NCBI GenBank assembly: GCA_048625195.1
Contig: JBMCRE010000006.1
Span: 1-54,750, forward strand
Direction: 5' to 3'
DNA length: 54,750 bases
From: Nanobdellota archaeon
GTDB lineage: Archaea; Nanobdellota; Nanobdellia; Woesearchaeales; UBA583
The translations under genes were made by a program, and so were the position numbers. This document shows, piece by piece, positions 1-10,087 of this stretch. How positions within the stretch are numbered: position 1 is the first letter of the stretch; the number at the start of each line of letters is the position of its first letter. The notes under the pieces were generated by a model that was given only the letters and a program-made list of their open reading frames with translations, was not told the origin of the DNA and ran no database searches.

Positions 1-105
1 TTAAAATTGTTTTTGTTGTAATATAGTTATTATTATTATATTTTTGTATATCTTTTTTTATCATTGTAATATTTATATAACTATTATATATATAATTGTT
101 TTGGT

Positions 106-258
106 TTATTTGGGTAGGATTTGGGTTATTCTGGATTGATTAACCGAAATAGAGTTTTTAAATTTGTTATAATAATTATCAATTATATTCTCTTGAACTT
201 TGAGTTTTTCTGGTAAATGTTTATTTCTATATTTTAATCTTTTTTTATTTGATTTCAT
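106..258 (-). CDS. possible small basic hypothetical protein (50 aa, MKSNKKRLKYRNKH...)
   Basis: Open frame ATG 258 to TAA 106 read by hand, downstream of the tRNAs; no recognisable motif. Confidence 0.25.
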   Translation of the reverse strand: MKSNKKRLKYRNKHLPEKLKVQENIIDNYYNKFKNSISVNQSRITQILPK

Positions 259-338
259 ACATAATAATAATAATATTTATGAATTGTATAAAAAATAATA
301 ATATTTCAATATATATATATATCAAGTATTTTAAAAAG

Positions 339-413
339 CCCTCTGGCCGGGATTTGAACCCGGGTCACCGCCTCGAGAGGGCGGTATGATTGGCCGGACT
401 ACACTACCAGAGG
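339..413 (-). tRNA. tRNA-Glu(CTC)
   Basis: Reverse complement folds as a cloverleaf: acceptor CCTCTGG/CCAGAGG, anticodon arm CCGCC-CT-CTC-GA-GGCGG, T arm GGTTCAAATCC; no intron, no encoded CCA. Confidence 0.95.
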
Positions 414-436
414 TTAATTGTTAAATTTATTTTTTA

Positions 437-510
437 TGAGCCGTACGGGATTCGAACCCGCGGCCTACGGATTAAGAGTCCGGTGCTCTACCAGACTGAG
501 CTAACGGCTC
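437..510 (-). tRNA. tRNA-Lys(CTT)
   Basis: Acceptor GAGCCGT/ACGGCTC, D arm AGCTCAGTCTGGTAGAGC, anticodon CGGA-CT-CTT-AA-TCCG, T arm GGTTCGAATCC. Confidence 0.95.
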
Positions 511-622
511 ATAATTATTAATTACTAAAATTAATAAATAAAGAATATCTTAAAAGTTTTAAAAATTTATCTATTTAATTATTTGTTATACTTAATGTAC
601 TTAATGTATATTATTAAAAAAA

Positions 623-2776
623 TTATTTTAATTTTTTATGTAAATCATCATAATATAATAAACCATATTGTGGTCCTTTGTATTTTATAACATTAGCACT
701 ATTTTTAACAGCATATTTTAATGCTTTTTGTATTCCATATCCTTTTACATAAAAATAAAAAAAAGTTGATCCAAAACTATCTCCTGCTCCTGTTGTATCT
801 ACTATTTTTGTAACCTTTTGTGCTTTTATAAAATATTCTTGATTTCCATCATATGCATAAGCACCATTGCTACCATCTGTAATTACTACTATTTCTTTTA
901 CAATATTTTTTATATCTTTAAGACAATCTGTAATATTAGTTTTACCTGTTAAGAGTTCTGCTTCATCAAGATTTAAAATAACAATATCCATATTTACTAA
1001 TAGGTTTCTTAAATTCTTCTCTTTTCTAATGAGATGAGAACTTAAAGATAAACATGTTGTTGAATATTCACTTTCTTCTTTTAACTTTCTAGATAATTTA
1101 ATTAATGTTTGAAAAGTATCTCCTCCCATTGCTGTAAAATAATAATTTTTTGCATTAATATCATTGTATTTAAAATCATTTTCTATTAAATCAAAATTTT
1201 GTCCACGATATGTAAATATAATTCTATCATTATCTTTAGTATCTAACAAAATTGATTTAGCACATGGTTTTTTAGTAGGTTTCGTATTTATTATTTCAAC
1301 TCTATCTTTTTTTAATACTTCATAAATTTTATCTTTACTTTCTTGAGATATTTTTCCTAAATATGCAACTTTTGAACCTAAACGAGATAATGCAATTGCT
1401 GAATTTATCCCTCCACCACCAACATTTGTTTTAAAATCTTCATCAATTTTTATTTTATCTCCTAAATAAAATTCTGAAAATTTAACTGGTGCTGTAACAC
1501 CTATATCGATTGTATTAGAACCTACAACTAAAAAATCTTCAAAATGACTATTGTGCATTAAAAAGCTTCTTTGTAAAGAATCAATTCCTGGAAGGGACTT
1601 TCCTGATAAAAATTTAACTAAAGCTCCTCCTGCTAAACTTACATATGAAAAATCACCTAGTTTTGCAAATTTATATAGTGCTGTAACGCTATGTCCTCCT
1701 CCCATAAAAGTAAATGCATTTGAATTGATTATCCCTTTAATTATTCCTTGTGTTCCTCTTTCAAAAGCTTTTTCTTCGAAATTACCTGCTGGTCCTTTTA
1801 AATAAATAGAACCTGTATCTTTTAAAAATTTAGTATAGTAATTTATTGTTTTCTCTCCGATATCTTGAATTAAATATTTATCTATTAAATCTTTTTTTTC
1901 TTTAAGTAAATCTATTTCTATTTCTATTCTTTTTTTTCCATCAAAAATTGCTAAATCTTTTGGTAATATGAAATTTTTAGGGTATTGATCTAATAGTTTT
2001 TTTAAGTCATCTTTTAATGTAAGATATTTTTTTTCTTTTAAAAAATTTTCTTTACATCCTAAATTATACCCTTTAAGAATTAAAGCAATTTCAGCTATAA
2101 CTCCTGTTAATAATACAAAATCTACTTTTTTGGACGGTAAATTTTCCTTTAACATTTCAATTAAATCATCTGGCTTAGCACCACCCATTACGTATACAAG
2201 AGGTCTTTTTGTGTTTGAAATTCTATTTAAACCATTTATTTCTTTTTGCATCTGTCTTCCTGCAATCATTGGAATTTTTTTGAATCCTACAACTGAATTG
2301 TCAACCATTGATGTTTGTTCTCTATGAACAACACTAAATGCATCTGAGACATAAAAATCAAATAATTTTTCTAACTCTTTTATTATATTATTTGGTTTAT
2401 CTATTTTTTTTTCATCTTCATAAAATCTTAAATTTTCTAATAATAAAATATCTCCTTGTTCTAATTTTGAAATTTTCTCTTTTACTTTTGAAGAATATAT
2501 TTGAGATTCAAAATTAACCTTTATTTTTGTTTCTTTTTCTAATAATTTAGAATGTTCTTTTAATGATACACAGCTATCTGTACCTAATCTACCTTGGTGA
2601 GCAAGTATGATAACTTTTGCTCCTTTTTTTGCAAGTTCTTTTATTGTTAATGCTGATGCTTTAATTCTTTGATTCATTACAACTTTTTTGTCAATGATTG
2701 GTGAATTAATATCAACTCTAACTCCAACTATTTTTCCTTTTACATCGAAATTGTCTATAGTGAAATATTTATACAT
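623..2776 (-). CDS. pgk: phosphoglycerate kinase fused to C-terminal PfkB/ribokinase-family sugar kinase
   Basis: N-terminal ~405 aa carry PGK motifs VRVDINSP, AHQGR, LLENLRF, GGAK, GGGHS, SLAGGA; C-terminal ~305 aa carry PfkB signatures GGGGINSAIALSRLG and DTTGAGDSF. Confidence 0.92.
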   Translation of the reverse strand: MYKYFTIDNFDVKGKIVGVRVDINSPIIDKKVVMNQRIKASALTIKELAKKGAKVIILAHQGRLGTDSCVSLKEHSKLLEKETKIKVNFESQIYSSKVKEKISKLEQGDILLLENLRFYEDEKKIDKPNNIIKELEKLFDFYVSDAFSVVHREQTSMVDNSVVGFKKIPMIAGRQMQKEINGLNRISNTKRPLVYVMGGAKPDDLIEMLKENLPSKKVDFVLLTGVIAEIALILKGYNLGCKENFLKEKKYLTLKDDLKKLLDQYPKNFILPKDLAIFDGKKRIEIEIDLLKEKKDLIDKYLIQDIGEKTINYYTKFLKDTGSIYLKGPAGNFEEKAFERGTQGIIKGIINSNAFTFMGGGHSVTALYKFAKLGDFSYVSLAGGALVKFLSGKSLPGIDSLQRSFLMHNSHFEDFLVVGSNTIDIGVTAPVKFSEFYLGDKIKIDEDFKTNVGGGGINSAIALSRLGSKVAYLGKISQESKDKIYEVLKKDRVEIINTKPTKKPCAKSILLDTKDNDRIIFTYRGQNFDLIENDFKYNDINAKNYYFTAMGGDTFQTLIKLSRKLKEESEYSTTCLSLSSHLIRKEKNLRNLLVNMDIVILNLDEAELLTGKTNITDCLKDIKNIVKEIVVITDGSNGAYAYDGNQEYFIKAQKVTKIVDTTGAGDSFGSTFFYFYVKGYGIQKALKYAVKNSANVIKYKGPQYGLLYYDDLHKKLK

Positions 2777-3009
2777 TTTAATATAATTTAAAATATAACT
2801 TATTAAAATAAATTGTAAAAACTAATAGGTGAAAAATACTCTTAACCTTATGATCTATTTAATATTTTTATGTTTGCAATGTAATAATATTTGATCAATT
2901 AATCATTAATATAATGTTGATTATTCTATTTAAATTATTTATTATACTTAAAATTTATTAGTAAAAATGTTAAAATCATCATATTGGTTATTCTAAATAG
3001 GATATATAG

Positions 3010-3510
3010 TTATATATCACCATATCTTTTTGCAAAAAACTCTATAAATACTTTATAATAGTTAGAACTAATCTGAGGTGATTCGTCGAAATTTTCTTTT
3101 TCATATTTTGTATAAATTGAAATTAAATGCGATGTAATTAAATTTAAATCTTGATAATATAATTCTATTATCTTATTTGAAAAGTATATACCTATTATAA
3201 AAATAGTAGTACCAAATGCACTAATAATTTTGCTAATTAAAATTGATAGTTCGGATAATATGAAAATATCAGAGAAAAAAAAAGAAATAAATGAAAAATA
3301 TATAGCTAAATATAAAATAATATTTATTCTAGAATATATCTTTACTTTGGATATGATTCTATTAATTATTATTTCAATATTTTCAATATTTTCTTGATCT
3401 TGTTTATTATTTATCTCAATATGTTTTTTTAATGAATACATATAATGCAAGATACGATTATATCTTGTTGGAGCAGATCTTTCTAATTGAGATTTTATAT
3501 TATGTATCAT
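3010..3510 (-). CDS. hypothetical membrane protein (2 TM)
   Basis: 166-aa ORF with two central hydrophobic segments. Confidence 0.6.
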   Translation of the reverse strand: MIHNIKSQLERSAPTRYNRILHYMYSLKKHIEINNKQDQENIENIEIIINRIISKVKIYSRINIILYLAIYFSFISFFFSDIFILSELSILISKIISAFGTTIFIIGIYFSNKIIELYYQDLNLITSHLISIYTKYEKENFDESPQISSNYYKVFIEFFAKRYGDI

Positions 3511-3767
3511 CTTAGTTTATAATTAATGTCAATTATTTATAAATCTTTTTCATTATTTTTTGCAATTACGAAATTCCAATTAAATAATTTTATCATTTTA
3601 TGTACTATATTTACTTATTTTTTGGCTATCTATATTTATATCATTGAATGAAAGATAACATTTAATAAAAAACAATAAAGATAATATCTATCTAATTTTA
3701 ATGCAATTGTTTAATATATCTAACTGTGTTTAGATAAGTTTTTAAATACATATATTGGTTAAATAAT

Positions 3768-4730
3768 ATGGTAGATAAAAAAACTTTTTATGATTTATAT
3801 ATTGAAAAAGCCAAAAAACCTATAAGCGATATTAAAGACAATAAAAATGTTCTTAATAAATATCTATCAGAAATAGAACAATGGTTTTATAATTTAAAAT
3901 CTAATGAAATTGATAAAAAAAAATTTGAATTATTTTTTGAATATTTTCAGGATAAGACACTCAATATGTTAGCAGACTTAAAACACGAAACAAAAATAGT
4001 AGTCTCTAAAATTATTATCGAATATTTAAATGAAATAAAAGAACATAGTACTTTAGAAATAAAACATGAAATTAAACAATTAATCAATAAAATAGATACT
4101 AGAAACGATATAATTAGCAGAATAAAAAGAATAGAAATGAGTTTTTTTACTCAAATTATTTTAGTAATATTATTAATTATGATTGTAGTTATAGGTCTAC
4201 ATTCTTTTGTTGTAAACAAAAAAGATATGCATAAAAATTATAATATTGATGAAGTAAATCCTCAACCTGATATAAAGGATGAAGACAGTGCAGATAAAAA
4301 CCAAGTAAATAATAAGAATGAGAATCAGAGTGATGATGATAATCAAGAATTGAAACAAGATGGTTTAAATGATATACAAGAAGATGAAATTATAACTATT
4401 AAAAATGATGTTTTAAATAAGTATGAGAAAGTTGTTTTTGAAGAGCTTAACAAAAAAAGAGTAGAATATAATTTGAATGAATTAATACATAATATGAATT
4501 ATTCTGAATTGCTAGATAAACAAGAAACTCAAATTAGTAAAAAATTAAATATTAAAAAATTTGTGTATTTGTATGAAGAAGAAGTTTTAATTGATAATGA
4601 TGAAAATGCTATTGACATCTATAAATCAATCGACAAAAAGAATATATTTTCACCTGATTATAATTATATTGGAATCAATATTGAAAAGTTGAAGTATAGA
4701 ATTTATTTAGTTCAACTTGCCCTTTATTGA
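3768..4730 (+). CDS. membrane-anchored protein with degenerate C-terminal CAP/SCP-like domain
   Basis: Central TM, D/N/Q-rich linker, then VFEELNKKRVEYNLNELIHN...NIFSPDYNYIGINI resembling the CAP domain ends. Confidence 0.5.
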   Translation: MVDKKTFYDLYIEKAKKPISDIKDNKNVLNKYLSEIEQWFYNLKSNEIDKKKFELFFEYFQDKTLNMLADLKHETKIVVSKIIIEYLNEIKEHSTLEIKHEIKQLINKIDTRNDIISRIKRIEMSFFTQIILVILLIMIVVIGLHSFVVNKKDMHKNYNIDEVNPQPDIKDEDSADKNQVNNKNENQSDDDNQELKQDGLNDIQEDEIITIKNDVLNKYEKVVFEELNKKRVEYNLNELIHNMNYSELLDKQETQISKKLNIKKFVYLYEEEVLIDNDENAIDIYKSIDKKNIFSPDYNYIGINIEKLKYRIYLVQLALY

Positions 4731-5083
4731 TGTTGAATTATTTTATTTATAATTATTTCAATTTCTCCTTGATACATTGTAATTTTTCCTTCGAAAGTAT
4801 AATTATTATTTTTTGAATATGTGTGATTGTTTTCAAAAATAATTCCTTTGATTGTTTTATTAGATTTATTATCGCTAATTTTTAGAAATTTTGTATTACT
4901 AATTGTAGTTTGTTGTAATATTTTTCCGTTAATTTTTACATGTTTATCCAAATCTTTCATTGATAAATTTTGGATTAATTTTTCTTGTGGCTCATAGTTA
5001 TTTTCTATAAAGTAAATTGCAATAAATAGCATAAGAAAACCTATGAGTGATATTTTTAATAAACTCCTATTTGATAGTTTCAT
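4724..5083 (-). CDS. membrane-anchored OB-fold nucleic-acid-binding protein
   Basis: N-terminal TM; VKINGKI...FLKISD...IKGIIF...FEGKITMYQGEIEIIINKI OB-fold pattern. Confidence 0.75.
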   Translation of the reverse strand: MKLSNRSLLKISLIGFLMLFIAIYFIENNYEPQEKLIQNLSMKDLDKHVKINGKILQQTTISNTKFLKISDNKSNKTIKGIIFENNHTYSKNNNYTFEGKITMYQGEIEIIINKIIQHQ

Positions 5084-5116
5084 AAATTTATTTATTATCT
5101 ACTATTATAAAAATGT

Positions 5117-6220
5117 ATGGATTATAAAAAAATTATTGGAGTTTTATTTGTATTTATGATTTTAGGATTTTATCATTTTGATGTTATTGATAAAAGTGAG
5201 TTAACATCTATTTTTAATAGTTTGAATGTTGATTCTAATAATGAAAATATGTTTAGTAATATTGAAACTAATTATAATGATTATGAATTGTTAAATTCTA
5301 AATTGGAAGTTATTTTTTGCCCAAGTGATGATTGTTTTAATATTTTTAAAAATAATATTTTAAATGCTAAAAGTAATGTTAAGTGTGCATTTTATGAATT
5401 GAATTTTATGAATTTGTCAAAAGTTTTTTTGGAGTTATCTAAAAACGATATTAATGTTGAAATATTAGTTGATGATGCGTATTTAGAAAAAGAAGGTCTT
5501 GAATTTTTAAAAAATAGTAATATAAAAATTTTTTCTGACAAAAAAAGAGGAACAAGATATAATAATTATATGCATCATAAATTTTGTGTTATTGACGATA
5601 GTGTTGTGATAACTGGTTCTGCTAATCCTACTAATAGAGGTTTTTTAATGAATGATAATAATATTATAAAAATTGAATCATCTAAACTTTCTAAAAATTA
5701 TAATTTTGAATTTGAACAATTAAAATCAGGAAAGTTTGGATATAATAAACAAAGTGCTCTTCATTATAATAATTTAACTTTGAATTATAAAGATGATACT
5801 TATTTAGTTAATACTTATTTTTGTCCACAAGATGATTGTGATAAAGAGTTTTTAAATTTAATTGGTAATGCTGAAAATGAAATTCTGTTTGGAGTTTTTG
5901 CCATAACTTATGATGAATTGAGTGATTTATTGATTGAAAAAAATAATGATGGTGTGAATGTAAAGGGATTGATTGAAAAAAGAAATATTAATTTAAAAGG
6001 TAGTGATTATTATGAATTAAATAAAAGTTTTAATTTTAAGTTAGATGTTAATAAATATAATATGCATAATAAATTTTTTGTAATTGATGAAAATATTGTT
6101 ATTACTGGTTCTACTAATCCATCTGCTTCAGGATTTAATTATAATGATGAGAATATGATAGTAATTGAAAATAGAGATATTGCAATGATGTATAAAAATT
6201 ATTTTTTAAGTATTTATTGA
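5117..6220 (+). CDS. exported phospholipase D-family protein (two HKD motifs; nuclease/PLD)
   Basis: Signal anchor; MHHKFCVIDD..ITGSAN and MHNKFFVIDE..ITGSTN HxKxxxxD motifs. Confidence 0.9.
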   Translation: MDYKKIIGVLFVFMILGFYHFDVIDKSELTSIFNSLNVDSNNENMFSNIETNYNDYELLNSKLEVIFCPSDDCFNIFKNNILNAKSNVKCAFYELNFMNLSKVFLELSKNDINVEILVDDAYLEKEGLEFLKNSNIKIFSDKKRGTRYNNYMHHKFCVIDDSVVITGSANPTNRGFLMNDNNIIKIESSKLSKNYNFEFEQLKSGKFGYNKQSALHYNNLTLNYKDDTYLVNTYFCPQDDCDKEFLNLIGNAENEILFGVFAITYDELSDLLIEKNNDGVNVKGLIEKRNINLKGSDYYELNKSFNFKLDVNKYNMHNKFFVIDENIVITGSTNPSASGFNYNDENMIVIENRDIAMMYKNYFLSIY

Positions 6221-6283
6221 TGTTTTTTACAACAAGTTTAAAAAAGTTTATATATATTATTTATTATGTAGGTTGTTTGTAAA

Positions 6284-7114
6284 TTGAAAATGAAAATTAA
6301 ATTGTTATTAAATAAAGATGTAAATTATAATGCTGATGTTTATTTTAAAAAAGCTAAAAAGTTAAAAGCTAAATTGCCAGGATTAGAAAAAGCTATGGAT
6401 GTGAGTTGTGAAAAGATTGAAAATTTTAATAAAAAAAAAAGTAGCTATATTGAGAAAAAAGTTCAAGAAGAAGTTCTTAAAAATCATGTAAAAAAAGAAT
6501 GGTTTGAAAAATTTAGATGGACAAAAACTACAAGTGGTTTTTTATTTGTTATTGGAAAAGATTCTTCAACTAATGAAATATTGATTAAGAAACATTTAGA
6601 AAACTCTGATATAGTTTTTCATACGATGGCATCTGGTTCTCCTTTTGGTATATTAAAAACTGAAAATAAGGAATTTAGTAAAGAAGATTTATATGAGTGT
6701 GGAGAATTTTTAGCAGATTTTTCTAGTCAATGGAAAAAGGGATTTGGAACTGCTGATGTTTTTTGGGTTTATCCTAATCAAGTTACTAAAAAAGCACAAA
6801 GTGGAGAGTATATTCAAAAAGGTTCTTTTATGGTTTATGGACAAAAAAATAATTTGAAAAATTTACCTTTAAGATTATCTTTAGGGGTTATTGTAAAACA
6901 TATTGAATTGGATGGTAAAAAAATTAAATATGAAGAACTTTTTTCTGGAAGCAAAAAAGCTTGTTTAAAATATTGTGATAGATTTATTAATATTGAACCA
7001 GGGAATAATGGATATAAAAGTTTAACAAAAGAGATTAAAAATAAGTTAAGAATATCTAGAATAGAAGATTTACCTAAATATATTCCTAATAATTGTAAAA
7101 TATTGAAGAAATAA
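6284..7114 (+). CDS. NFACT RNA-binding domain (DUF814) protein, truncated Rqc2/NEMF-like
   Basis: NADVYFKKAKKLKAK coil; WFEKFRW..GFLFVIGKDSSTNE, VFH, GSPF, SGEYIQKGSFMVYG; likely start at ATG 6290. Confidence 0.85.
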   Translation: MKMKIKLLLNKDVNYNADVYFKKAKKLKAKLPGLEKAMDVSCEKIENFNKKKSSYIEKKVQEEVLKNHVKKEWFEKFRWTKTTSGFLFVIGKDSSTNEILIKKHLENSDIVFHTMASGSPFGILKTENKEFSKEDLYECGEFLADFSSQWKKGFGTADVFWVYPNQVTKKAQSGEYIQKGSFMVYGQKNNLKNLPLRLSLGVIVKHIELDGKKIKYEELFSGSKKACLKYCDRFINIEPGNNGYKSLTKEIKNKLRISRIEDLPKYIPNNCKILKK

Positions 7115-7149
7115 TTTAGATTTGTTTATTATAAAAAAAATTATATTTT

Positions 7150-10087
7150 ATTTTTAAAAAAAATCTCTTTGGTGAGTTTTAAAACCTATTTCGTTATATT
7201 TATAAATTAAAAGTAACTGGTATAGAGTAAATAAAGTTATTTATAAAAATGATTCAATATAATAATTTAGAAAATAGAATGGGAATATTTAGAAGAACAG
7301 AAAAAACAATAGGAGAAAAAGATCCACAAGGAAGAAGAGATTTTCTTAAAAAAGTTGGGATTGGCGCTGCAAGTTTATGGTTAGGAAATAGTTTTTTTAA
7401 TACTGATATTGCTCATGCTAGAAAAAAAATTCCTGGTGCAATTAAAGCAGATCCTGATCCTTCAATAGCTTCTGCGTGGAATATTTATCATAACAATATT
7501 TATGTAGAATATCCTAAACATTGGACTGCAAAACGAAGAGCATTAATGATTTTAAGAATGTGGAATGATAATACTGGATGGGGAGCAATTGATCAATTAA
7601 TACATAAAGATACACCTAAAAGTTCTCATGCTTATTGGTTACTTAGTACAAAAATGGGTGCATCTAGTAAAAACATTGTTAAAAGTGAAATATTAAATAA
7701 TCATGGATTGAAAGAATTTGGATTTGGTTTAGTACATTTATACAAAAAAGAAAATGTTTGGGCAAGAGAAAGATTTGCAAATGGAATATTTGTTTCTGCA
7801 AATTTAGAACAAGAAGATTATCAAAGATTAAAAAATATTGGAATTCCTATTAATTATAGAACTGATTTAAACCAGGAAGGAAACGCTAAAATGTTAGCTA
7901 AACAATTTGTTGATACCAACTTACAAAATAAAGAAAATATTTTAAATGTTGGAATTGGTGAAAAATTTAAAAATGTAAATGGTAACTTTGCAACAATGGA
8001 TATTAATACTCCACAATATGCATTAAAAAATGTATATTGGAACCTAGGATTTTATATACTTGCACATTATATGGTAGGAAAAATAACACCTTATAAAAAA
8101 TATAAAGACGAAGCAATTACTTTAAGAAATAAAAAGGATACTTATCCTAATTTTTATAATAAATTCAAATATAATACTGCAAATATGGATTTAATATAAA
8201 CTTATTATATTTTAATTTTCTGCTGGATTTGAATCTCCAGAAATATCATCTCCACTCTCATCTCCATTCTCTTCACCCTCTTCTCCACTTCCTTCTCCCC
8301 CACTCTCTTCTGAATAATCATAATATGAATTTTCTACACAACTCTCACCTTTTTCAGGATCTGGAACTCGTATTTTATAAGAAATACTGTTTGACTTTGT
8401 TGTTTCTGGATTATCTCCTATTTGAGTTGTTAAATCATATAATAATTTTATATTTTGTGTTCCTTCTCCTTTGATTAAATTAATTATTTGACTTGCATCT
8501 TCATTAATATTTTCTATTTTTCCTCTTGCTAAACCATCAATTGTTTCACCTATATCATCATGTCTATATCCTTCAACTGATAATTTATAAGTTAATTTAG
8601 ACATCTCTAATTCTTTATTATCTGAGGTTTGAAATATGTATGATATTGGTAATTCGCTTTTTGTAGATTCTATACAGTAAGAACCACTTTCAAATGGCTC
8701 AACGATTTCGAAACTATAACTTTGAGTAGGTGGAGTTTGACCTAATGTGAAACTTAGTTTCATATAGTCTTGAGCTGCTATTTTATTGTCTGTTTGAATG
8801 TTATCTCCTATAGCTGAATAATCTTTTAAACTTTCACTGTTGATTGCATCGTTTCCTTTGCCTGATGGAAGTAATTTTATTTCTAAAGTACAACTACCAG
8901 CTTTCAGTTTATTGAAATTATATTCATCAACAGAGTCTGCAAAACTGCCTATTGTAAAAGTATATGACCTTATTTTATTCATATCAGTATTATGATGTGC
9001 TACAAGTTCAACATTTATACCTTCAACATCATCTTGAAATTCTATATTATATTTCTTTCCAACTTCAAATGTAAAATCATCATTAATAGGAATTAAATCC
9101 GATGGATTCTCTGCTCCTTGATTTACTGTTAAACTTTGAGGCATTGAAGTTCCAAAAGCATTTTTAATAAAATCAGTTTTTTGAATAAAAAGTGTTTGTC
9201 CTTGAGTACCAGCTGTATTAATAAATTTAAGTTTTAAACTATAATCACTATTATTTAAAACATCATCAATCATTTGTTGAGTTGGGACTAAATAATAATT
9301 TCTACTTTGAGTTTGTTGCTCTTCTCCTAATGTGTCAGGAAATTTGAATAAATCTAATATTTCTAAACCACTTGAGGAAGATGGATTGACATTAATTGGT
9401 TTTACATCTTTATGAATTGCTTGACCATTTTCACCTGTTGCTGGACATGTTATGATATATGCTAAGTCTAATGAGTTTTGCTCGTTTGCAAAGTCAGTTC
9501 TAACATCGTATCCTAAATTTAAAAACAAAGTATTTCCTTGATAAATTGTTGTTTGAGGAATAATTTTTGTGTTTTGTTGGTTTAATTCATAGTTACTCAA
9601 CAATGCATCATTATCAAATAGTGTGTCACAATCAAATCCTGAACCTACTCCTACAACACCACCTGTAAAGTAACAGTTTGCAAGCATGAATTCGCCTTTG
9701 TGATATATATTTTCTTCGTAAACTTTTGTTTTTTGTTCGCCTTTTAATGAGTATTTATGTTCGATTCTAACTTTATTATAACGATATTTTGCTGAAACAT
9801 CAGTTACAACAACTGTATCTTGAACACTTCCTCCTGCTCGTACATATAAATTCTTTAATGAAAAAGATGAACCCATTTGAGGATTAGAAGATGTTTCATA
9901 AGTGCTTGGACAATGTTCACCACCTGGAGATTGTGGATCACAAATAAATTCTACTGAACTTCGTATATCTTGACCACCACTTACTGCTGCGTGCGTGAAA
10001 CGATACATCATAGATAAATCGCCTGTTAGAGGATTGTAGCCTTGAATTCGTGATTCTGGAAACATTGGACCAAATGCTGGCTCAACC
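7150..10087. repeat. tandem segmental duplication, copy A
   Basis: Matches 10142-13052 with near-identical blocks (7724-8058, 8298-8904, 9303-10087) separated by divergent blocks. Confidence 0.95.
7249..8199 (+). CDS. twin-arginine (Tat) signal protein, paralog A
   Basis: GRRDFLKK + hydrophobic stretch + AHA cleavage-like site; paralog of 10240-11199. Confidence 0.8.
   Translation: MIQYNNLENRMGIFRRTEKTIGEKDPQGRRDFLKKVGIGAASLWLGNSFFNTDIAHARKKIPGAIKADPDPSIASAWNIYHNNIYVEYPKHWTAKRRALMILRMWNDNTGWGAIDQLIHKDTPKSSHAYWLLSTKMGASSKNIVKSEILNNHGLKEFGFGLVHLYKKENVWARERFANGIFVSANLEQEDYQRLKNIGIPINYRTDLNQEGNAKMLAKQFVDTNLQNKENILNVGIGEKFKNVNGNFATMDINTPQYALKNVYWNLGFYILAHYMVGKITPYKKYKDEAITLRNKKDTYPNFYNKFKYNTANMDLI

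Noticed and set aside
300-620. tRNA-anchored integrated element
   Set aside because: No integrase and no duplicated tRNA 3' end seen in the window
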